Shown: positions 17,176 through 25,068 of the stretch, piece after piece | Layout of the letters: each line of letters starts with the position of its first letter | Position numbering within the stretch: the first letter of the stretch is position 1 | DNA from: Xylella taiwanensis | Lineage (GTDB): Bacteria > Pseudomonadota > Gammaproteobacteria > Xanthomonadales > Xanthomonadaceae | DNA length: 32,000 nucleotides | Assembly: GCF_013177435.1 (NCBI RefSeq) | Contig: NZ_CP053627.1 | Coordinates: 450,001-482,000, forward strand | Reading direction: 5' to 3' | Notes under the pieces: model-generated | Database searches by the model: none | What the model saw: only the letters and a program-made list of their open reading frames with translations | What the model was told of the DNA's origin: nothing | Program-made: the position numbers and the translations under genes

Positions 17176-17769
17176 ATGTTGGTTGGCTACATGCGCGTGT
17201 CGTCGGACTCCGACCGGCAGAGTACGGACTTGCAGCGCGATGCGCTGCTCGCTGTCGGCGTCGATGTCCGGCACCTATTCGAGGATCGCGCTTCTGGTGC
17301 GAAGGATGACCGTGCCGGTTTGGTGCGGGCACTCGAATTCGTCCGGCCCGGCGACGTGCTGGTGGTGTGGAAGCTCGACCGGCTCGGCCGCTCGCTGTCG
17401 CATCTGCTTGCCATCGTGACCTCGCTCAAGGACAAACGGGTGGCGTTCCGTTCGTTGACGGAAAACTTGGATACCACGACACCCTCGGGTGAATTCCTGT
17501 TCCAGGTGTTCGGCGCGCTCGCGCAGTATGAACGCGCCTTGATCCAGGAGCGCGTCGTCGCCGGCCTGGCCACCGCACGTAAACGCGGCCGGATCGGTGG
17601 CCGGCCGCAGGCGATCACTGGCGAGAAGTTGGACGCCATCATCGCCGCGCTGGATGGCGGCATGTCCAAGGCGGCGGTATGCCGCAACTTCGGCGTCAAG
17701 CGAACCACGCTGATCGAGACCCTGGCACGGGTCAGTTGGACAGGCTCTCGTGGAGCGTCATCGCAATGA
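17176..17769 (+). CDS. tnpR: Serine recombinase/resolvase of Tn3-family element C
   Basis: MLVGYMRVSSDSDRQSTDLQRDAL...VLVVWKLDRLGRSLSHL...FGALAQYERALIQERV...GRIGGRP plus a C-terminal HTH. The stop overlaps the tnpA ATG (ATGA at 17766-17769). Confidence 0.9.
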   Translation: MLVGYMRVSSDSDRQSTDLQRDALLAVGVDVRHLFEDRASGAKDDRAGLVRALEFVRPGDVLVVWKLDRLGRSLSHLLAIVTSLKDKRVAFRSLTENLDTTTPSGEFLFQVFGALAQYERALIQERVVAGLATARKRGRIGGRPQAITGEKLDAIIAALDGGMSKAAVCRNFGVKRTTLIETLARVSWTGSRGASSQ

Positions 17770-19098
17770 CGGCCAAGAGCGAACGATTGACCGTCCTGTC
17801 GGACGCCGAGCAGGAAGCCTTGTACGGGTTGCCGGATTTCGACGACACCCAAAGGGTGGAATACCTTGCGCTGACCGAAGCCGAACTGGCGCTCGCCAGC
17901 GGCCGGCCCAGCCTCACCGCCCAGGTCTATTGCGTCTTGCACATCGGCTACTTCAAGGCCAAGCACGCCTTCTTCCGCTTCGACTGGAACGAGGTCGAAG
18001 ACGATTGCGTCTTCGTGCTGAGCCGTTATTTCCACGGCGAGCCGTTCCAGCGCAAGCCGATCACCAAGCACGAGCATTACGCCCAGCGTGAGCGGATCGC
18101 GGAGTTGTTCGGCTACCGGCCGTGGGGGGCCGACTTCATGCCGCAGCTTGTCGCGCTGGCGGCGCAAATCGTGCGGCGCGACGTGACGCCTGGGTTCGTC
18201 GCCGCCGAGCTGATCGTCTGGCTCAACGAACACAAAATCATCCGGCCGGGCTATACCACCCTGCAAGAGCTGGTCAGTGAAGCCCTGTCCGTCGAACGTC
18301 GGCGGCTGGGCGGGCCTGCTGGCGGAAGTGCTGGACAAACCAGCTAAGGCCGCACTGGGCCAGCTCCTGGTGCGTGATGACACCCTGTCGCAACTGGCAG
18401 CGCTCAAGCAAGACGCCAAGGATTTCGGCTGGCGTCAGATGGCCCGCGAGCGAGAGAAGCGCGCCACGTTGGAGCCGCTTCATGGGATCGCCAAGGCGCT
18501 GCTGCCCAAGCTCGGCGTCTCACATCAGAACCTGCTGTACTACGCCAGCATGGCGAACTTCTACACCATCCACGACCTGCGCAATCTGAAAGCCGATCAG
18601 ACGCACCTCTACCTGCTGTGCTATGCCTGGGTACGCTACCGGCAACTCTCCGACAACCTGGTCGATGCGATGGCCTACCACATGAAGCAATTGGAGGAGG
18701 AAAGCAGCGCAGACGCAAAGCAGTCCTTTGCTGCCGAACAGACACGCCGTCAGCAAAATACGCCGCAGCAGGTCGGCCGCCTGCTGTCGCTCTACATCGA
18801 CGACAGCGTGCCCGATCCCACGCCGTTCGGCGATGTTCGCCAGCGCGCTTACAAGATCATGCCGCGCGACACGCTGCAAACCACGGTACAGCGGATGAGC
18901 GAGAAGCCGGTGAGCAAACTGGCGCTGCACTGGCAGGCAGTGGACGGCCTGGCCGAGCGTATCCGCCGCCATCTTCGGCCGCTACACGTTGCGCTCGACC
19001 TGGCTGGCACCGACCCGAACAGCCCGTGGCTGGCGGCGCTGACCTGGGCCAAGGGCGTGTTCGCCAAGCAGCAGCAAATGAAGGATGGCATCTATTGA
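17766..19098 (+). pseudogene. tnpA: Tn3-family transposase, N-terminal ~440 codons, frameshifted and 3'-truncated
   Basis: MTAKSERLTVLSDAEQEALYGLPDFDDTQRVEYLALTEAEL... Frameshift near 18305 (an extra G in CTGGGCGGG restores ...ERRRLAGLLAEVLDKP). Transposase sequence stops near 19080, where the lower-GC insert begins. Confidence 0.8.
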
Positions 19099-19119
19099 TA
19101 GGTTTTTGTTTTACGGAGG

Positions 19120-19145
19120 TTGGATCTCGCAGTGCGGCGTATAAT
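19120..19145 (+). promoter_or_regulatory. Possible sigma70-type promoter for the TIR-caspase pair
   Basis: Perfect TATAAT at 19140-19145. The best -35 is TTGGAT at 19120-19125, but the spacer is only 14 bp, so this is weak. Confidence 0.3.
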
Positions 19146-19218
19146 GAATTTCGCCGGCTGGCTGCGCGAGGATGTGTGCCTTATACACTGCAAACACAAT
19201 TCATTAAGGAGCGTTACT

Positions 19219-19590
19219 ATGGCCGACAATAAAGTCATCTTCGTTGCCTTCGCCATCGAAGATGAGAACATCCGCAACATGATCAAGGGGCAGTCTTTGC
19301 GTACCGACTCGCCCTTTGAGTACATAGATATGTCTGTCAAAGAGGCTTACGAAGAAGAGTGGAAAAAGAAGGTGCGAACTCGCATCCTTCGCTCCGATGG
19401 CGTCCTTGTCATCGTCAGCAAAAACTCCCTCAACTCCAGTGGGCAGCAGTGGGAGATTCAATGCGCCAAGGAAGAGAAGAAAAAAATTCGTGGCATCTGG
19501 GCCTATAAGGAAGATCGCACCGACCTCGCCGGTGTGGATACGATGGTCTGGACTTGGGACAACATCGCTGCCTGGATTAATAGCCTTTAA
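19219..19590 (+). CDS. TIR-like domain protein (DUF1863 / ThsB-type), 123 aa
   Basis: AAGGAG at 19206-19211, 7 nt before the ATG at 19219. [13 protein letters not shown] (flavodoxin-like beta1), [36 protein letters not shown] (the W-E-I motif places a candidate catalytic Glu at E79). Size and motif order fit stand-alone bacterial TIR-like proteins. Confidence 0.75.
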   Translation: MADNKVIFVAFAIEDENIRNMIKGQSLRTDSPFEYIDMSVKEAYEEEWKKKVRTRILRSDGVLVIVSKNSLNSSGQQWEIQCAKEEKKKIRGIWAYKEDRTDLAGVDTMVWTWDNIAAWINSL

Positions 19591-20576
19591 TGCGTAAAGC
19601 ACTTGTAGTCGGCATCAACAGCTACGCCAACGTTTCACCACTCTATGGTTGCGTGAACGATGCGTTAGCGGTTAATACCATGCTTAGTCGGCACGCCGAT
19701 GGGTCAGTGAATTTCGGTGTTAAGTGTTTAACCGCCACTGGATCAAGCGGTTCGGTTGGGAGAGATGAGCTTCGAAAGGCCATCGCAAGCCTTTTCGATG
19801 GTGATGGTGAAGTTTCACTCTTCTACTTTGCCGGGCACGGTCACATCGAAGCGACGGGTGGCTACCTTTGCTCTTCTGACGTCAAGACCGGAAACGACGG
19901 CGTGCCGTTGGCCGAAATCATGACGATGGCCAACCAATCGAAGATTCAGAACCGCTTGATCATTCTCGATAGCTGTTACAGCGGTGTCACAGGAGGAAGC
20001 CCGTTGCAGCAGAAGGTAGCCGAGATCAGCGATGGAGTGACCATCCTCACTGCCTCAACAGCAGAACAGTATGCAACTGAAGAAAATAGGGCTGGGGTCT
20101 TTACCAGCTTGTTAATCGATGCGCTTGGCGGCGCTGCCGCAAACCTCGTCGGAGATGTGACGCCAGGCGGTGTCTATGCACATGTAGACCAGTCGCTCGG
20201 GCCATGGGCGCAACGACCTGTTTTTAAGACCAACGTTAAACGTTTCGTTTCCTTGCGGAAAGTACAACCTCCCTTGGAACCTGCGGAACTTCGCCGGATT
20301 TCAGAGTTTTTCCCGGCCCCTGGATTTCAGTTCCAGCTTGACCCGACGTATGAGCCAGAGCGGTATGAGACCTGGGCCACAGACCCCAAAAGCGTTCCAG
20401 CTCCAGACCCTGACCACAACGCGATCTTCAAAATCCTACAGAATTACAACCGCGTAGGGCTTGTTATGCCTGAAGGTGCTCCGCACATGTGGCATGCTGC
20501 AATGGAGAGCAAAACCATTCGTCTCACGGCTCTCGGTGAGTACTACCGACTGCTCGCAGTAAAGAACCTAATATAG
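19590..20576 (+). CDS. Caspase-like (peptidase C14 / metacaspase-type) protease with an uncharacterised ~110-aa C-terminal region, 328 aa
   Basis: [23 protein letters not shown]; His-Cys dyad in [10 protein letters not shown] (H83) and [11 protein letters not shown] (C129). The ATG shares one base with the TIR gene stop (TAATG). Confidence 0.85.
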   Translation: MRKALVVGINSYANVSPLYGCVNDALAVNTMLSRHADGSVNFGVKCLTATGSSGSVGRDELRKAIASLFDGDGEVSLFYFAGHGHIEATGGYLCSSDVKTGNDGVPLAEIMTMANQSKIQNRLIILDSCYSGVTGGSPLQQKVAEISDGVTILTASTAEQYATEENRAGVFTSLLIDALGGAAANLVGDVTPGGVYAHVDQSLGPWAQRPVFKTNVKRFVSLRKVQPPLEPAELRRISEFFPAPGFQFQLDPTYEPERYETWATDPKSVPAPDPDHNAIFKILQNYNRVGLVMPEGAPHMWHAAMESKTIRLTALGEYYRLLAVKNLI

Positions 20577-20663
20577 GGGCTGGGGGTAGTTGAAGATCGG
20601 CCGCGTTATTGCGGTTGCAATTACCCGAACAGAAATTCAGAGATTCGACTCGTTGTGCTTGAC

Positions 20664-20772
20664 ATGAAGCGAATCGCAGTGCGTGAAGCGGTAGGCCGCT
20701 TCCGCACCGCGAACCCGCGCGTCTTCGGCTCGGTGCTTCATGGAACCGACCGTGATGGCAGCGATATCGATC
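20664..20772 (+). pseudogene. Nucleotidyltransferase (MNT-type antitoxin-like) 5' fragment, about 36 codons
   Basis: MKRIAVREAVGRFRTANPRVFGSVLHGTDRDGSDIDLLVDAL (GS...D.D motif), cut off at the junction with the second tnpR copy. No HEPN partner is present. Confidence 0.6.
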
Positions 20773-20774
20773 TG

Positions 20775-21222
20775 TTGGTTGATGCGCTCGCTCGAATTCG
20801 TCCACCCTGGCGACGTGCTGGTCGTGTGGAAACTAGACCGGCTCGGCCGCTCGCTGTCGCACCTGCTGGCCATCGTAACTTCGCTCAAAGACAAACGGGT
20901 GGCCTTCCGCTCGCTGACGGAAAACCTGGACACCACGACGCCATCGGGGGAATTTCTGTTCCAGGTATTTGGTGCGCTCGCGCAATACGAGCGCGCGTTG
21001 ATCCAGGAGCGCGTCGTCGCTGGCCTGGTTGCTGCCCGCAAACGTGGTCGGATCGGCGGACGGCCACAAGCAGTCACTGGTGAGAAGCTGGACACCATCG
21101 TAGCCGCGCTTGATGGTGGCATGTCCAAAGCGGCAGTATGCCGCAACTTCGGCGTCAAGCGAACCACGCTGATCGAGACCCTGGTACGGGTCGGTTGGAT
21201 GGGTTGCCGTGGAGCGTCATAG
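20775..21222 (+). pseudogene. tnpR: Second, 5'-truncated and diverged copy of the element-C resolvase (from about codon 55)
   Basis: ..LEFVHPGDVLVVWKLDRLGRSLSHLLAIVTSLKDKRVAFRSL... is collinear with 17335-17769. About 85-88% nt identity by eye, with mostly third-position differences. Confidence 0.8.
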
Positions 21223-21224
21223 CG

Positions 21225-21345
21225 ATGACAACTAAGAGCGAACGATCCCCCACCATTTGGCGATGTGCGCCAGTGCGCCTACAAGATCATGCCCCACGAT
21301 ACGCTCCAAACCAGCGCACAACGTATGAGCGTGAAGCCGGTGAAT
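21225..21345 (+). pseudogene. tnpA: Remnant of the element-C-type tnpA with a large internal deletion
   Basis: ATGACAACTAAGAGCGAACGA (compare 17766-17786) is joined directly to sequence matching 18818-18908 (..GGCGATGTGCGCCAGTGCGCCTACAAGATCATGCC..). Confidence 0.7.
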
Positions 21346-21396
21346 TACTAATGATGACCAAGGGACTTAACTAGCTAAGTCTCTCGGTCATAGGGT

Positions 21397-21633
21397 TTAA
21401 CTGCATTCAATGCTTAGGCGGGCTGCTTCGATCAGAACATCAATTGGTTTCCCGAGCAGAATCTCCGCTGTTTCAGCCGTGATGGGACGATCATCGGTTT
21501 GGTAGCCGTTTTCATCAATCTTTTCGAGACCCAGCATAGATGAATCAACCCATCCAAAGGGCGACTCTGGAATTCGGTTCCACTGATCCTCCCATTCGGC
21601 TTTTGTTTCCCATCCAGCACCACCAAGTGTCAA
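21397..21633 (-). CDS. Hypothetical small protein downstream of primase copy 2 (start uncertain, possibly TTG)
   Basis: Open frame ...LTLGGAGWETKAEWEDQWNRIPESPFGWVDSSMLGLEKIDENGYQTDDRPITAETAEILLGKPIDVLIEAARLSIECS*. No ATG near its 5' end and no family recognised. Confidence 0.3.
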   Translation of the reverse strand: MTLGGAGWETKAEWEDQWNRIPESPFGWVDSSMLGLEKIDENGYQTDDRPITAETAEILLGKPIDVLIEAARLSIECS

Positions 21634-21637
21634 TTTC

Positions 21638-22251
21638 CTACCCCATGCGAACCCGACGCGGTTGACGTTCCTGCTTCCATTCACGTTGTTGTTCCTGTTG
21701 CTGAGCACGTGTTTGATGCTTCTCGATAGCCTTGCCAACAGCCGCACGCACCTGGCGTTCAACACCTTCGATGCCAAGTACGCTTTTGGTGGCAAGATCG
21801 TTGAAGTCGGTGAAACTTTTCGGATTGTCCGTTTGTTCACCGGGAGCGAAAATCGGAAAGAACGCCGTACCACCCACAGCAAGCGCTGCTTCTTTGGCCT
21901 TGGTCTTGCCGGGATTATTCTGTAAGGACTGATCATCGTCACCGGCAATCACGATGGGCTTGTTCGGGAAAATTTTGTGCAACGCCTTGGCAACGACTTC
22001 GAGGTTGCCAGCATCAAATGCGGCAACTGTCCCATAACCCAGGGCCTGCGACACCTGCGCGGCGGTGGCATAGCCCTCGCCGATGACGATCACGGGTGCT
22101 GCTGCAATAGCATCAAGGCCACCTATTGGATGAAAGCAACCCTCCTTGCGACTCCGCTTCGCAAACTGCTTAGTATCGTCCTCTTGGATGTATGGCATCG
22201 TCCATTGCTTACCATCCGAATCGATGCCCGGAATGTAAGTTTTCTGGCCAT
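21638..22251 (-). pseudogene. Primase 3' portion (Toprim region), second copy, 5'-truncated at the cassette array
   Basis: MPYIQEDDTKQFAKRSRKEGCFHPIGGLDAIAAAPVIVIGEGYATAAQVSQALGYGTVAAFDAGNLEVVAKALHKIFPNKPIVIAGDDDQ... This is collinear with 3181-3618 but lacks that copy's two deletions. Homology ends at CTGGCCAT (22244-22251). Confidence 0.8.
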
Positions 22252-22416
22252 ATCACTGTTTTATAAAGTGGTAATACCGTGAATGGACTCAGCAATACCC
22301 AGATGCTTCAAGGGATGTTCCATAACGGCGACCCTATTCGGGGGAGCGATTCTGCCGCAGCTATCTACTCTCTGCAGCGCCCGGATCTGATGCACACCGC
22401 CATGTCAGATGTTTGA
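22252..22416 (+). pseudogene. 5'-truncated copy of the 89-aa ORF family (leftmost, broken cassette)
   Basis: ..SGNTVNGLSNTQMLQGMFHNGDPIRGSDSAAAIYSLQRPDLMHTAMSDV* aligns with codons ~37-89 of 23113-23382. Confidence 0.7.
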
Positions 22417-22594
22417 TGCAACACGATATTGTTGGGTTTCATCAAGGATTTCACAGGCATGTATATCACCCAGGTGAGGAGGTCAAAAAAACAGGAGGGA
22501 TTCTTAAATAGGAATGATGATTAAACAACAGGAACGCTTTTACCCAGCATCACAGGTGTTGTATCTCTATATTTAAACTCTTAAAGGACATGAC

Positions 22595-23095
22595 ATGCCG
22601 TTTATTAATGAAATTCCCGCAGCGGAAGATATCGAAAAATATGGTTTGCCTTATAAAAACGATCTGAATTTACCCATGCGTCTGCGTAATGAATGGACTG
22701 TGGATCGTGAACGCAACTTTCATTTATACGGACTTGGTGCTACTGGAAATCAAGCGTTTGAAGAAAAAATTTATCATCGCTTTAAACTTTATTTGAATGG
22801 AAAAAATTTTATTGTTGAATTGGAAGATGGGGGGGCCTTGAGGTTTGATGACAATCCTAATGTTGTTGTATGGAGCAAATTAATGTCGATTTGGTTGATA
22901 CCTCATGATCAGGTGAGCCCCCTGAAGATATTGCCGCCCTCGGCCTGGGAAACCCCCGATGCGCCGCAACCGCTATTGGATAATTATTCGCTCAATCAAT
23001 TTGTCACCATTCTGAAAGAAGCATTCACTGTGTATGGAGACGGTTACGCTAATCGTTACATCCATACTCCCATTGTGGTCCGTTTTGGATTTTAA
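22595..23095 (+). CDS. Cassette protein 1 (166 aa), unknown family; candidate immunity-type protein
   Basis: AAGGA RBS. MPFINEIPAAEDIEKYGLP...WTVDRERNFHLYG...LYLNG.NFIVEL...SPLKILPPSAWETPDAPQPLLDNYSLNQF..ILKEA...PIVVRFGF. Paralogous to 23561 and 24537. Confidence 0.8.
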   Translation: MPFINEIPAAEDIEKYGLPYKNDLNLPMRLRNEWTVDRERNFHLYGLGATGNQAFEEKIYHRFKLYLNGKNFIVELEDGGALRFDDNPNVVVWSKLMSIWLIPHDQVSPLKILPPSAWETPDAPQPLLDNYSLNQFVTILKEAFTVYGDGYANRYIHTPIVVRFGF

Positions 23096-23112
23096 ATCAT
23101 AGGAAGATAGTC

Positions 23113-23382
23113 ATGGCACTTACTGCAGAACAAGCCAACGCATTACTTGACAGCATCACTACCAAGGAGCAGTTGCGCAATTTAATTAATCAGCTGGATA
23201 TCAACAGCGGTGGCCGTACCACCATTTTATACAGCGGTCATACTGTGAATGGACTCGATAACTCCCAGATTCTCCAGGGCATGCTGCATCACGGCGACGC
23301 TATCCGGGGGAGCGATCACGCCGCGGCTCTTTACTCTCCGCAGCGCCGGTATATGATGCACACCGCCATGTCAGATGTTTGA
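23113..23382 (+). CDS. 89-aa ORF: first ~64 codons homologous to the RTX protein N-terminus, then a 25-aa family-specific tail
   Basis: MALTAEQANALLDSITTKEQLRNLINQLDINSGGRTTILYSGHTVNGLDNSQILQGMLHHGD | AIRGSDHAAALYSPQRRYMMHTAMSDV*. RBS AGGAAG. Confidence 0.6.
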   Translation: MALTAEQANALLDSITTKEQLRNLINQLDINSGGRTTILYSGHTVNGLDNSQILQGMLHHGDAIRGSDHAAALYSPQRRYMMHTAMSDV

Positions 23383-23560
23383 TGTAACACGATATCGTCG
23401 GGTTTCATCAAGCATTTCACAGGCATGTATATCACCCAGGTGAGGAGATCAAAAAAACAGGAAGGATTCTTAAACAGGAATGATGATTAAACAACAGGAA
23501 CACTTTTACCCAGCATCACAGGTGTTGTATCTCTATATTTAAATTCTCAAAGGACATCAC

Positions 23561-24070
23561 ATGCCGTTTATTAATGAAATTCCCACCGCGGAAGATATTG
23601 AAAAATATGGATTGCCTTTTAAAAAAGATTTGACCTTGCGTATGGAACTGCGCAGACAATGGACTGTGGATCGTGAACGCAACTTTCACTTATACGGAGG
23701 TGGTGCTAATGCAAATCAGGCATTTACAGATGTTTTTTATTATGAGTTCGATCTTTATCTGAATGGTTCGAAATTTATTATCGAATTGGACCGCGACCGT
23801 ACTCGTGGACCCTCGAATTTTGAAGACAACCCCTATGTCATCACGTGGAGCAAATTGATGTCGATCAAGGTGATGCCTCGTGATCAAGTGAGCCCCCTGA
23901 AGACATTGCCTCCCTCGGCCTGGGAAAACCCCGATGCACCGCAACCTTTATTGGACAATTATTCGCTCAATCAATTTATCGCCATCCTGAAAGAAGCGGT
24001 GACTGTGCGTGGTGCAGGTGACTCTAATCGTCACATCCATAATCCCATTGTGGTCCGTTTTGGATTTTAA
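23561..24070 (+). CDS. Cassette protein 2 (169 aa), paralogue
   Basis: Same N- and C-terminal blocks as cassette 1. The central third has diverged (..GGGANANQAFTDVFYYEFDLYLNGSKFIIELDRDRTRGPSNFEDNPYVITW..). Confidence 0.8.
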   Translation: MPFINEIPTAEDIEKYGLPFKKDLTLRMELRRQWTVDRERNFHLYGGGANANQAFTDVFYYEFDLYLNGSKFIIELDRDRTRGPSNFEDNPYVITWSKLMSIKVMPRDQVSPLKTLPPSAWENPDAPQPLLDNYSLNQFIAILKEAVTVRGAGDSNRHIHNPIVVRFGF

Positions 24071-24087
24071 ATCAGAGGAAGATCAGC

Positions 24088-24357
24088 ATGGCACTCACTG
24101 CAGAACAAGCCAACGCATTACTTGGCAGCATTACCACTCAAGAACAGTTACGCGATTTAATTAATCGGCTGGATATCAACAGTGGCGGCAGTACCACCGT
24201 TTTATACAGTGGTAATACCGTGAATGGACTCGATAACTCCCAAATTCTCCAGGGGATGTTGCATAACGGCGACGCTATTTGGGGGAGCGATTACGCTGCG
24301 ACTCTTTACTCTCCGCAGCGCCGCTATATGCTGCAAACAGCTGTGTCAGATCTTTGA
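24088..24357 (+). CDS. 89-aa ORF, second full copy
   Basis: MALTAEQANALLGSITTQEQLRDLINRLDINSGGSTTVLYSGNTVNGLDNSQILQGMLHNGD | AIWGSDYAATLYSPQRRYMLQTAVSDL*. Confidence 0.6.
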   Translation: MALTAEQANALLGSITTQEQLRDLINRLDINSGGSTTVLYSGNTVNGLDNSQILQGMLHNGDAIWGSDYAATLYSPQRRYMLQTAVSDL

Positions 24358-24536
24358 TGAAACACGATATGATGGTGTTTCATCAAGGATTTCACAGGCA
24401 TGTACATCATTATCAGATGAGGAGGTCAAGAAACAGGAGGGATTCTTAAACAGGAATGATGATTAAACAACAGGAACGCTTTTACCCAGCATCACAGGTG
24501 TTGTATCTCTATATTTAAACTCTCAAAGGACATCAC

Positions 24537-25043
24537 ATGCCGTTTATTAATGAAATTCCATCAGAAGAAGATATCGAAAAATATGGATTGCTTCATCTTT
24601 ATAAAAAAAACGAGATATTACCTATCGAAATACGCCGTCAATGGACAGTTGATCATGAGCGTAACTTTTATTTATGTGGAATCGGTCAAAGAGGGAGTCA
24701 AGCGAGTGATGAACCCGTTTATTACCAATTCCAGTTATATCTTAATGGCCCCAAATTTATTGTTGAATTGGATCGTGGTTATGGCCCCTCGACTTTCAAT
24801 GACAATCCCTATGTTGTTAGATGGGACACAATTGTGTCTATCAACGCGGTTTCCAATCCTATGAAACCTCTCGTTTCGTTGCCACATTCAGCTTGGAAGA
24901 ACTCCGATGAACCGCAACCAGTGTTGGATAACTATTCACTTAATGAATTCATCACGATTTTGAAAGAGGCGTTGACAACACGCGGAGCGGGGGAAAGTAA
25001 CCGTCACATCCATCATCCCATTGTGGTCCAGTTTGGATTCTAA
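24537..25043 (+). CDS. Cassette protein 3 (168 aa), the paralogue immediately upstream of the full-length RTX gene
   Basis: The most diverged copy (..LLHLYKKNEILPIEIRRQWTVDHERNFYLCGIGQRGSQASDEPVYYQFQLYLNGPKFIVELDRGYGPSTFNDNPYVVRWDTIVSINAVSNPMKPLVSLP..). Confidence 0.8.
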   Translation: MPFINEIPSEEDIEKYGLLHLYKKNEILPIEIRRQWTVDHERNFYLCGIGQRGSQASDEPVYYQFQLYLNGPKFIVELDRGYGPSTFNDNPYVVRWDTIVSINAVSNPMKPLVSLPHSAWKNSDEPQPVLDNYSLNEFITILKEALTTRGAGESNRHIHHPIVVQFGF

Positions 25044-25068
25044 AATTTTAAATCAGAGGAAGATCAGC

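Noticed and set aside
17187-18419. 410-aa minus-strand ORF
   Set aside because: It is antisense to tnpR and tnpA of element C, whose plus-strand translations carry clear family motifs. Its translation is Arg/Pro/Ser-rich and typical of a high-GC shadow ORF.
22595-25043. 166-169 aa genes upstream of an RTX gene as HlyC/RtxC-type toxin-activating acyltransferases
   Set aside because: The size and upstream position fit, but I see none of the HlyC-family blocks I remember (for example the W..SP.H, CSWA and DW.aPFG-type motifs). Three diverged tandem copies would also be odd for an activator. I kept this as an alternative to be excluded by HMM search.
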